Below are positions 9,468 to 18,547 of a stretch of DNA of 57,209 nt, in pieces; position 1 is the stretch's first letter, and every line of letters begins with the position of its first letter. This DNA is from a virus (taxonomy: Duplodnaviria; Caudoviricetes): positions 1 to 57,209 of the IMG/VR virus record IMGVR_UViG_3300020159_000496; one strand, 5' to 3'. A program made the translations under genes and the position numbers. The notes beneath the pieces were generated by a model. It was not told the DNA's origin and did not search any database. It saw nothing but the letters and a program-made list of their open reading frames with translations.

Positions 9468-9813
9468 CTAAAGTATCAAAAAATATAATTTTATCGCAGA
9501 CAATCTCGCCGATAATTGGTTTACCCATGTAATCGCTGCCTTTGACCATTATATCACAGGCAGCAACCAAATTAATAAGTTCTACGTCAGTATTAAAAAT
9601 CACAACTTCGTCAACAGCTTTTAAATTCTTAAGCATAAATGCTCTATAGCGTTGATTATTGATTGGACGCTTTGGTCCTTTAAGTTGTGTAACACGCTCA
9701 TCAGAGTCGATTCCGATCATGAGGTGGTCGCCTAAACTCTTAGCATAGTTTAGGAGTTCAATATGTCCTGGGTGGAGAATATCAAAAGTACCGTTAACAA
9801 AAATCAGACTCAT
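9421..9813 (-). CDS. Nucleotidyltransferase, HldE C-terminal domain-like (heptose-1-phosphate nucleotidyltransferase, HldC type)
   Basis: NGTFDILHPGH (HxGH), DSDERVTQLKGPKRPIN, KGSDY and YSTT motifs. Start moved to ATG 9813. Confidence 0.88.
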   Translation of the reverse strand: MSLIFVNGTFDILHPGHIELLNYAKSLGDHLMIGIDSDERVTQLKGPKRPINNQRYRAFMLKNLKAVDEVVIFNTDVELINLVAACDIMVKGSDYMGKPIIGEIVCDKIIFFDTLDDYSTTKIIQDITNR

Positions 9814-9819
9814 GCTGTA

Positions 9820-9847
9820 ATTATACAGCATTGAGCCTGCTTGTCAA
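9820..9847 (-). promoter_or_regulatory. Consensus sigma70 promoter for the heptose operon
   Basis: TTGACA (9847-9842), 16-nt spacer, TATAAT (9825-9820); the ATG follows 6 nt later with no RBS. Confidence 0.75.
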
Positions 9848-9851
9848 CCTT

Positions 9852-12800
9852 TTAGGCTTGTGCTTCGCCCCAACGTATAATAAGGTTACCTGTGGTTGCT
9901 GCTCCTGTTACCTTATACACGTTAATAGCCAGTACGTCAGGACCATTTGGAAAGGTTCCTCTGCCGCCTAGGGTAGTATTAGTTAACTCTTTCAATTCCG
10001 AAAGATCCAAATTATCCGAACTGCCCGGTAAGCTGATGAATGAGAATACCTGTTCGCCCGGCAATGCAAACGGAGGTTGTCCAAATCTAAATGTAATTGT
10101 GTTGCCGCCTGCGACTACAGAACTTGATGTCTGTGTAAATGTCACAGTGTAGTAGTTAGTACCGCCAAATGTTCTCAGAGTAGTCACTGAAGCTACACGA
10201 GTACCAGCTGGATATTTGGCATCGTTTATCTCAGAACCCGAACCTGCTCCGTTGTTTGATACTAGGGTTTCCCAACTTGCTTGTGTAAGATACACAAAGT
10301 TAGTAAGACCAGTATTTTGAGACAGTGACAATGTAATTGTTGCGTTGGCATTCACTGCCTGTGCTGTGGTTCTACTCAAGAATAAAGTAAAATACGGAAT
10401 AGTTGTAAATGTTACAGTAGCATCACCATTAATAGTTCCAATACAAGGATTGCTAAATGTCACTGCGTAATAGCCCGTAGAACCAAAAGTTCGTAGAGCA
10501 CTGACACCGGTTATTGTAGTTCCTCCAGCAAACTTGGTAGGATCGTTGGTTGCTGTGCCATTTTGCGGAACATCTATTGGCAGTGCTGTCCAACTAGCTG
10601 CGGTAAACAGCAACGTGTTAGTAGTGGTTACTGCTCCGCCAAAACTAGTAGAAATTGCTGTGGCTGTCAGTGGTAGAGTATTTGATAACCCTTGATTCAT
10701 TGTCACTGTGTAATATTGATTTCCTGCTGTTCCTTGAATTGCTGTTACTGCTGATACTGTAGTACCGGCTGGAAACGCAGAGGTAACTCTAAATCCAGTG
10801 ATAGTTACAGGCTGTGTCATTGCTTCCCAACTTGCACTGGTGATGTTGAGAGTCGTTTGTCCTGCAACATAAGCAGTAGAAATCGTTCCGTTTTGAGTAG
10901 CTCCACTTGCTGTTGAACTGTATTGAACAAAATTGTTGCCTGCCCCTGTTACAATATGCGTTCCATTGTATGCGTTTGGTTGGGCATTAGTTACAGTAAT
11001 TCTAGAATTGATAGGGAATGGTGTGTACCCAGGGTTATTAAAGAATAGTGTTGCTGTTACGCCGTTACCCTGTAGGAAAGTTGTATTAATCTGTCTATAA
11101 AACGTAGTCATTGACGAATTTAAAGTACTTCGTGTATTGGCCACAGGACTAGGACTTGCTACTACTGTACTAATGGTTGTACCGCTTTGAAATTTAGCAT
11201 CTGATGCTGCTATAGAAAATCCTGTTGAAGCACCTGACGAGTTCCAACTTGCTTGCGTAGTATACACAAACGCAGATCCTGCTACCCTGTTAAAGGCAGC
11301 ATTATTAGGTACAGTGATGCTTGCTGTAACAGTATTCAATGCTGTGGCGTTAGCAGTTATCTGACTAGCACCCCCAGCCCAGTTAATAGATCCGCCAGGA
11401 GCAACTTGAGCAAAACTTGGCTGTCCACCTGCTGCTAGCCCTGCCAATGAAGACCAAACAACATCGCTGGGATTTAATGGATAGTTTTGTGGATTTAGTA
11501 CACCCTCAACAACGATACCACCACTGCCTGTGTCGGAAGTGATAGCGATGCCTTTTAGCAACAACTGAGCACGATTTAATAGTTCTCTGTCGCCTAGATC
11601 GCCTACTACTGCGTTTGAAACACTAGGAGCCAATCGTATTAAGAACGCTGTGGTTTTAACAGTGCTAATAGCAATACCGGTAGACGCATAGTTAAAAATG
11701 TAACCACGATCACTGTCAAATAATCCGTCTGTTAAGAACGCCGAACCCCAGTGGCTGATCAAAGGCGTTGTTGTGTTACTTAATAATATAACACCAGTGC
11801 CGTCAGTATGATCAGCTGCTACACCAGCAGTAAAGTTTCTGTTGGCGCCTGACAAGAACAGTTCTAACTGTGCTGATCGTGTACAACCAGTGAGTTTATT
11901 AAGAGTATCATCTTTTCCAGTGTATGAAATTAATTCGTTGTCAATGTACACTGTTCCAGTAGCTGGAAATGCTGACGAGTCGTCTAACATTAGTTCGTTT
12001 GTTGTGTTAGAAATATCACCCATTAATCTAGTCACAGCACCGTAATTGGATACTTCGTAACGAACAGGCAAGTTACCAGTTCGCATGTAAGCTTCGGTGT
12101 TGATGTTGCTGTTTCTCATACGATGAGCAAACACATAGTTACCGTCCGAACCTCTGAGCATGAAGTCAATAAAGCCAGCACCGTACCATGAATATTGAAT
12201 ACCAATCATCTGCATTTTTGTAATGTCTAGATCATATCCACTAGGTCCGTTCCCGTCTAATGTGTCTTTATTAAAATCCTGTTGTTTTACTCGAATCTCT
12301 GAAACCAAACTAATCTTAGCATTTGTTGCCGTGTTAACGCCGCGATAGTCTGGTGTAACTGACATAGAAGTTTGACTATCAACAAAAGTTACTACATGTG
12401 TCATTCCTCTGAGCACTACAGTATCGCCTGCTTTTAATTGATCTCTAAATCTAGAGTTAAGCCCAGTAATCCTATTTGATCCTGGTGTAATTGTCACGGT
12501 CCCTGCTAGTTGTTTTGTCGATGTTCTTTGAACAGCTGACAAAAACTGTCCGTCATATTCCCAAAATATTCCGTTTTGGTCATCAAATACTCCGGCACGT
12601 ACCACAGCACCTTGCCAACTTACTGTTGACACTTGACAATTAAAACTCAATGAAGGTTTTCTTGAACCTACTCGCCTTGTAGCAATAACTCTAAATGTTC
12701 TTTCTGATACAATTTCATCAACTACAAAGTTGCCGTCATAGCCGCCTGTGGTTACACCTTCTAATCTAATAGTACAATTTTTTTGTAATCCGTGATCGTT

Positions 12801-15800
12801 GTCGCCTAGGGTAATTTCAATAGTAGATCCAACTTCAACACCTGTTGATATAATTGACAATACATCATAGCTTGGGGCAAACAACGCACCAGTGGTATAC
12901 ATAACGCCTTTACCAGACTGGTAACGAATATACTTTTTACTTTGACGAATTGCCTGAACGCCGTGCTGTGGACCACCTGTGCCTAGCTGTACGCCGCCGT
13001 CAAACGGTCTATGTGTAAAGAAGCTGTCTGGTCTTGGATAGATAGTAGCGGTAATTGGAGCACCTGTAATAATACCGGGAGCTCTGGCCTGGAAAGTAAT
13101 AGTTGTTTTGGTTGGGATCTGTGTAGCGGTAAACGAACCGTTGGCTAACGCATGATTATTTGAACCATTGTCAGAAGTAACAACTACAATAAACGAACCG
13201 CCTGGTGGTATACCGTGCGGCTCTTGGAAAATAACCTGTAGTGTTGCTAATGATCCAAACCCTAATGTTGTTCCGCCAGCAAAAGAAGCTGTTGTAAATT
13301 CACTAACAGTCACTGAAGAATACAGTGCTAGGTTAATACCAGCAACTCCAGTACCCGTAACAGTTGCTGTGGCAACTTGACCGCCTAGATTAACTGTTGT
13401 AATTGATACTACCGCATCGTTGGTTACATTAACCCCGCCTAAACTACTGCCTAATATTCTAATTCGATTTCCTGGAATATAGCCAGTTCCACTGCTTGTG
13501 GCAATGATGTTTGTGTATCCGCTAGCAGTACGTGTTACCGTAAATTCTGCGCCGTTGCCCGAACTCGGAACAACTACTGTTGGCGCATTAGTAACTGTGG
13601 CTCTATCATCACCAGTGCCTGCGGTTGTGATCAACGATAAAATGCCAGGAGCATCGGCATTCGCAGTTACTCCTACTACAATTGACGCAGCAACAATTTC
13701 TCCGCTGCCGCCTACGTTATCAACTTGAATTTGAAGATCGTGACTAGGAGTATTTCCACCTAACTGTAGTCCATAGATAGTTACAATTTCATTTAAAGCG
13801 TATCCACTACCAGCAAATGCTACCACTAAACTGGTATACACAGCACCCGACCTTGTAACATTAAACTGTGCCGACGATCCTGAGCCCGATGTTGTATCTT
13901 GTAGCAAACCTGTAAATACGGCCGATGTTCTAGTTACTGTTACAGTAACATCATTGGCTGGACTGGTATTATTTGCGAATACAGTTCCAAGAATTAAAAA
14001 TTCAGTGCCTATGATATATCCAGAACCAGCAGTGTTAATCGATGAAGAAAAGCCAGTGCCTGTTCTTGTAACATCAAACACCGCACCTGATCCTAATGTA
14101 CTGTCTGGACTAGTAGCTGTGTATGACGTATTATTAATACCGTTGACTGTTTGGTTGCCTGAAGAAATAACGCTAGTGCCTGAAATAACATCAGCAGTTA
14201 GTATTAAACCGCTTGACACTGTGGCTACTTTTATTAACAAATCGTTGGCAGGACTAGTCCCTCCTCCAAGATCAGTGCCGAGTATCTTTAGTACATCACC
14301 AACTTGATAATCAGCACCGCCGTTATTGACTGCTACTGAGATATATCCTGCTGAACTACCAACAACGTTAAAAGTAGCAGCAGATCCAATTGATAGTTCG
14401 TTAGTTCCACTAAGAGCAGTATATGTAGTAGTATTACCAATAACTGTTCCGTCAAATGGTCTGGTAAATGTAATATTATTTCCAACCACTGATTCTACAA
14501 ATGTAGAGATTCCAGTTTGGTCATTGGCACCAAGGCCGTTAACAATGCCAGTGGCATCTTGAACTGTGAGAGTTGTTAGCCCTAGTAGCGTAGGAGCATA
14601 ATCTCCAACAACCGTCGGTGTAGTTACTATGCCGCCTGAGCCAACTGTGGCAGTTACCTGTGATCCATACCCTATACCAATAGCAGCCGCCATTGGTGAT
14701 CCAACAGCAGGAATACTACCGCCATCAACAGTAAATCTAGTAGTACCGGCGGGTGTACCAAATTCAGTTAAAAACGATCCAGATGTTCCGTTGGATAATA
14801 AGTTTAGTGTTGGAGTTCCGATTGATGCCCCGGTATAAAATCCGCCTTTTCTAATTTGAGAATATGTAGTTTTTAAATTTGTACCCGATGTAACACCAAC
14901 TCTAGATTTTGAAAAGAACGTAAATGAAGAGGCTGTCGGTACTGTTACTACAACAAACGCCCCTTCTGCTCTACTGACTCCTGATACTCCAGTGTCTAGT
15001 CCGGCTACGGTAATTGGATTACCAGAAACCAATCCGTGAGGAGCAGATGTAACTACTGTAATTATTGAAGCACCAACACCGTTGGTTGGAAATGATGCGT
15101 CTGTGATAATCGATGCGACTTCAAAGTCCGAACCCGGTACTTCATATATCGAAGGATATCCTCTTGCGATGCCAATGGCCTGCCATTTAGTTGGCTGTAA
15201 TCCGTATTCAAAGTCAGCATCAAGCATGGACTGTGGTGCTGCCACTCTATGACGCTCAATAGCATCTGTACCAAAGTCATAAGGTCTAACTTTTAGTTCA
15301 GCACCTTCAACGAATATTTGTAAGTCATCAGTTTCGTCCATCGATGACGTATCGAAATGTAATCTTAAATGAATTACTCTGTCAGTGGTTTGCTTAAATG
15401 ACACAAATTCATCATCACCATCAAATTCCGCTAATAGTTGTCCGCCTGCGGTATTTGTTGAGAAGTTATAGATAACAACGTTTCTAGTAGTGTTAGTAAT
15501 TAGAAGAATATCTTCTAACTTAACAGCACCTTGAAATTTAACCAATCCATATCCAGCACTTTCTTTAATCGGAAGACTGCTTACACCTTGCTGAATAATA
15601 TTAATAAGATTGTTTGATAATATGGTAATTATTGAACCAGCTTCGGGATCGTATGATTTAGTTGAATCGACTATTTGTTCTTCAATTGTTTGATACGGAA
15701 CTGTTCTCACTGACACCGCAGGTAATGCCGCCGGACCAGTTCTTAAGAAATTAATAAAGACATTAGTTAACTCTGTAATTCGAGCGTACGACCCAGTTTC

Positions 15801-17939
15801 AGCAGACGGTGCTGTTTTAATTTGAGGATACACCTGTTGGTATGAGACCGCAGTTGCTCTTGGAAAAATGTATGTTGTTAGTAATTCTTGTAAGAATGTA
15901 TATGAGGCAATTTCTGGAATTCTTGATCCGTCAACTTGAAACACCCCGTCAATATAATATTTTTGAGCAATTCTTCTAGATTCTTCATTACCATTATTTT
16001 CCAAGTCATAGATTAACGCATCAATGACATATCCAGAATCTCTAATACACTTGGCTTCGTCGTAGGTATAACCTTTGAATACAACCACTTGATTTATCAC
16101 AGCAGTTTTATTTGTTGTAATTGCGGCAAATGCGGTTTGTAACGGAGCCGTGGCAAATGTTATACTTGGGACAGTTCTAGTGAATCCTGATAATATGCTG
16201 TTGGCCTGTGTTTGAGTTGTGGCAGCAACTACATCAGCAGTTAATTGAACTAATGCCTGGCAAATTGTTGTATCGCCTAGCGAAGCTGCTGGAAACGTTA
16301 GATTCTGTGTTACTGTATTGCCTGTTGTTCTTGTAACAAATTGGCCTTGTAGTACTTGGCCAATAACTGTTTTTAAATGTACATAGGCTGCTACAGTTTG
16401 TAGTCTGTGGGTAGGATCAATCCCTGTTGTGCCGTTGGCAAAACTGTAGAAGAAAAATCTAGCTTGGTCGTATGTTGCTGAGTTACCGCCATACAACATA
16501 TCATAGCAAAGAGCATCTATGGCATATTTTACATCTCTTTCACACTTTACAGGATCGTGATCAGCAGCAGGATATTGAGCAGCTACCCAAGCATTTACTT
16601 CTGTTGCTAGGAAATTTTTGTTAGCTACTAATTGATTTTTTGCTGCAATTCGACTAGCTGTGGCATTAGATGGGTCTACTAATACCAAAGTATCTGCTTC
16701 ACTTCGACCGCCTTCAGCAATGTCAACTATTTCATTAAAGAATGCGTTGTTTCTAGCTACGGCTGCTGAACTTGCTGCTACATTGGCTAGTTCAGCAATG
16801 GCTGTTTTAGTTCTGTTAATAGTGTCAATGACGAAAAAGTCATTGTCTAAGGAATTAAATTCAGCTAGACCAAGGAACAAGGCGTTGTAGTTAGTACCGA
16901 GAGCAATATCAAATTTTGCTCCATCAATAAGATATCCGATGTCTCGTTCGCATTTAACAGCGTCTAACACTTCATTTTCAATCCACCCAGCTATTTCATT
17001 TTGAAGATAGGCTTTGTTTAATGTTAACAATCTCACAGCTTCAGGGTATAATGTAACACCCTGTTCATTCTGCATGATATTGTTAATAATTAAATTTCTA
17101 ATAAATGTGTGACCTTCTACTTCAGCTTGGCCGCTTCCGTCAACTTGAAGAACACCGTTGTCGTAGTATTTCTGAATAGTAAATCGTGTTTCCTCATTTC
17201 CGCCGTAGCGTAAATCATGAAGATAAGCATCTAACACATAGCCCAAGTCTCTCTGACATTTTTCTGAATTAAATGTGTAATTTTCATAGGTAGCAGATTT
17301 ATAAACAATTGCAGGCATTACATCTAATCCGCCAGCAATGACGGTAGTTACAACCGATGTTAACGTGTCAACGCGAGCTGCTGCGGTAGTTTCTGCCGAT
17401 GGCGCAACGGTATATCGAACCACTGACGTTTGAATTGGAGTATATGCTGCTCTAGGAAATATATAATCTGTTATTAAATCTCGTATAAATTCGTGTGTTT
17501 TAACTTCCGGTGTACGATCTCCGTCAACCTGTGGCTCGTCATTGATCCAATATTTGCCAACTACAATTCTAGTTTCTTCGTTACCACCGTAGCGTAAATC
17601 ATGTAGATAAGCATCTAGCACATAGCCAATATCTCGTTTACATTTGGCCGCATCATAGGTGTAGCCTACGAAGCCTAAAAAATTACCAGCTACCTGTGTT
17701 TGAATCCAAGCAGTGGCTTCTTCTTGTATGAACGACACGTTGTTCTGTAGCAAGCGGACAGCATTAGGATATAAGTTTACTTCTGTGTCGACACCAATTC
17801 TGTAATTGAGATACGCAGTTAGTTCTGCTTTAATAAACGGAACGTTATCAGAAAAACTCTGCCATTCGTCGGGATAAAGATTCCCTAAGAAACTAATTCC
17901 TGGTCTAAATGTATAATTGTCTATCTTTTTCTTTGCCAT
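9852..17939 (-). CDS. Giant virion structural protein (2695 aa) with five N-terminal phycobiliprotein-like helical domains and a Ser/Thr/Gly-rich beta C-terminal part
   Basis: Long ORF in the structural cluster; repeated KCxRDxGYxxDAxxxDLxYGGN motif; repeated GxGAxFxVTR / GxGY modules typical of T4-like fibre and baseplate proteins. Confidence 0.8.
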   Translation of the reverse strand: MAKKKIDNYTFRPGISFLGNLYPDEWQSFSDNVPFIKAELTAYLNYRIGVDTEVNLYPNAVRLLQNNVSFIQEEATAWIQTQVAGNFLGFVGYTYDAAKCKRDIGYVLDAYLHDLRYGGNEETRIVVGKYWINDEPQVDGDRTPEVKTHEFIRDLITDYIFPRAAYTPIQTSVVRYTVAPSAETTAAARVDTLTSVVTTVIAGGLDVMPAIVYKSATYENYTFNSEKCQRDLGYVLDAYLHDLRYGGNEETRFTIQKYYDNGVLQVDGSGQAEVEGHTFIRNLIINNIMQNEQGVTLYPEAVRLLTLNKAYLQNEIAGWIENEVLDAVKCERDIGYLIDGAKFDIALGTNYNALFLGLAEFNSLDNDFFVIDTINRTKTAIAELANVAASSAAVARNNAFFNEIVDIAEGGRSEADTLVLVDPSNATASRIAAKNQLVANKNFLATEVNAWVAAQYPAADHDPVKCERDVKYAIDALCYDMLYGGNSATYDQARFFFYSFANGTTGIDPTHRLQTVAAYVHLKTVIGQVLQGQFVTRTTGNTVTQNLTFPAASLGDTTICQALVQLTADVVAATTQTQANSILSGFTRTVPSITFATAPLQTAFAAITTNKTAVINQVVVFKGYTYDEAKCIRDSGYVIDALIYDLENNGNEESRRIAQKYYIDGVFQVDGSRIPEIASYTFLQELLTTYIFPRATAVSYQQVYPQIKTAPSAETGSYARITELTNVFINFLRTGPAALPAVSVRTVPYQTIEEQIVDSTKSYDPEAGSIITILSNNLINIIQQGVSSLPIKESAGYGLVKFQGAVKLEDILLITNTTRNVVIYNFSTNTAGGQLLAEFDGDDEFVSFKQTTDRVIHLRLHFDTSSMDETDDLQIFVEGAELKVRPYDFGTDAIERHRVAAPQSMLDADFEYGLQPTKWQAIGIARGYPSIYEVPGSDFEVASIITDASFPTNGVGASIITVVTSAPHGLVSGNPITVAGLDTGVSGVSRAEGAFVVVTVPTASSFTFFSKSRVGVTSGTNLKTTYSQIRKGGFYTGASIGTPTLNLLSNGTSGSFLTEFGTPAGTTRFTVDGGSIPAVGSPMAAAIGIGYGSQVTATVGSGGIVTTPTVVGDYAPTLLGLTTLTVQDATGIVNGLGANDQTGISTFVESVVGNNITFTRPFDGTVIGNTTTYTALSGTNELSIGSAATFNVVGSSAGYISVAVNNGGADYQVGDVLKILGTDLGGGTSPANDLLIKVATVSSGLILTADVISGTSVISSGNQTVNGINNTSYTATSPDSTLGSGAVFDVTRTGTGFSSSINTAGSGYIIGTEFLILGTVFANNTSPANDVTVTVTRTSAVFTGLLQDTTSGSGSSAQFNVTRSGAVYTSLVVAFAGSGYALNEIVTIYGLQLGGNTPSHDLQIQVDNVGGSGEIVAASIVVGVTANADAPGILSLITTAGTGDDRATVTNAPTVVVPSSGNGAEFTVTRTASGYTNIIATSSGTGYIPGNRIRILGSSLGGVNVTNDAVVSITTVNLGGQVATATVTGTGVAGINLALYSSVTVSEFTTASFAGGTTLGFGSLATLQVIFQEPHGIPPGGSFIVVVTSDNGSNNHALANGSFTATQIPTKTTITFQARAPGIITGAPITATIYPRPDSFFTHRPFDGGVQLGTGGPQHGVQAIRQSKKYIRYQSGKGVMYTTGALFAPSYDVLSIISTGVEVGSTIEITLGDNDHGLQKNCTIRLEGVTTGGYDGNFVVDEIVSERTFRVIATRRVGSRKPSLSFNCQVSTVSWQGAVVRAGVFDDQNGIFWEYDGQFLSAVQRTSTKQLAGTVTITPGSNRITGLNSRFRDQLKAGDTVVLRGMTHVVTFVDSQTSMSVTPDYRGVNTATNAKISLVSEIRVKQQDFNKDTLDGNGPSGYDLDITKMQMIGIQYSWYGAGFIDFMLRGSDGNYVFAHRMRNSNINTEAYMRTGNLPVRYEVSNYGAVTRLMGDISNTTNELMLDDSSAFPATGTVYIDNELISYTGKDDTLNKLTGCTRSAQLELFLSGANRNFTAGVAADHTDGTGVILLSNTTTPLISHWGSAFLTDGLFDSDRGYIFNYASTGIAISTVKTTAFLIRLAPSVSNAVVGDLGDRELLNRAQLLLKGIAITSDTGSGGIVVEGVLNPQNYPLNPSDVVWSSLAGLAAGGQPSFAQVAPGGSINWAGGASQITANATALNTVTASITVPNNAAFNRVAGSAFVYTTQASWNSSGASTGFSIAASDAKFQSGTTISTVVASPSPVANTRSTLNSSMTTFYRQINTTFLQGNGVTATLFFNNPGYTPFPINSRITVTNAQPNAYNGTHIVTGAGNNFVQYSSTASGATQNGTISTAYVAGQTTLNITSASWEAMTQPVTITGFRVTSAFPAGTTVSAVTAIQGTAGNQYYTVTMNQGLSNTLPLTATAISTSFGGAVTTTNTLLFTAASWTALPIDVPQNGTATNDPTKFAGGTTITGVSALRTFGSTGYYAVTFSNPCIGTINGDATVTFTTIPYFTLFLSRTTAQAVNANATITLSLSQNTGLTNFVYLTQASWETLVSNNGAGSGSEINDAKYPAGTRVASVTTLRTFGGTNYYTVTFTQTSSSVVAGGNTITFRFGQPPFALPGEQVFSFISLPGSSDNLDLSELKELTNTTLGGRGTFPNGPDVLAINVYKVTGAATTGNLIIRWGEAQA

Positions 17940-17948
17940 CTTTGATCC

Positions 17949-18524
17949 TTAGGCTCCAAATGCCACTGCGAATGCTATCACTGAATTGTCAACATAATCT
18001 TTACGGGCTAAATGTAGTCCCGAAGTAGGTGCTGCGTTGACTGAAATGTTTTCTACGTAGGTAACTGTTCCTGTAATTGTAGCAGCATCAAATGAAATGT
18101 TTGCTCCGTCTGCTACAAATTCGCCATTAACACCATTACGGTCTATAACATTTAATTGATATGTGTTGACTTTTCCTGGAGTTGTTTGTCCAATATCAAT
18201 ATTATCTATAGAGCCAGTTGTTAAACTGTTGACAACTACCCTACCATTAATTACTGATAAGCGAGTAATATTATTTTTTCTAAGTAATACATCGCCGTTG
18301 ACAGTTAGACTTTGTAATATGCCGAGTGTTTCTAAACTACTGTTAGTAATATTTTCTGTTATTCTATTACTTTCTATAATAGGAGCACCAGCTATGCTAA
18401 TGGTTGTTGAATTTAAATTAGCAGTGGTCAGCGATCCAGCGGTGAGATTCCCTGAGTCGTCGACTAAAAACTCTGGACTCCTAAATCCAAACTCTGATCT
18501 AAATTGTTTTTGTTGTACAGTCAT
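17949..18524 (-). CDS. Putative fibre-associated structural protein
   Basis: NSSLETLG and GSIDNIDIGQTTP fibre-like segments, ARKDYVD motif and hydrophobic C-terminus IAFAVAFGA; TAAATA at 18540-18535. Confidence 0.6.
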   Translation of the reverse strand: MTVQQKQFRSEFGFRSPEFLVDDSGNLTAGSLTTANLNSTTISIAGAPIIESNRITENITNSSLETLGILQSLTVNGDVLLRKNNITRLSVINGRVVVNSLTTGSIDNIDIGQTTPGKVNTYQLNVIDRNGVNGEFVADGANISFDAATITGTVTYVENISVNAAPTSGLHLARKDYVDNSVIAFAVAFGA

Positions 18525-18547
18525 TTTTACCTATTATTTATTGGTTG

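Noticed and set aside
6966-9813. Bacterial LPS locus, or host contamination/prophage boundary
   Set aside because: The genes are compact, overlap or abut phage genes on both sides, and no integrase, att site or other host gene is present.
15550-17880. Calling the phage a cyanophage because of the phycobiliprotein-like domains
   Set aside because: No photosynthesis or bilin-synthesis genes are in this window, so the host cannot be assigned from it.
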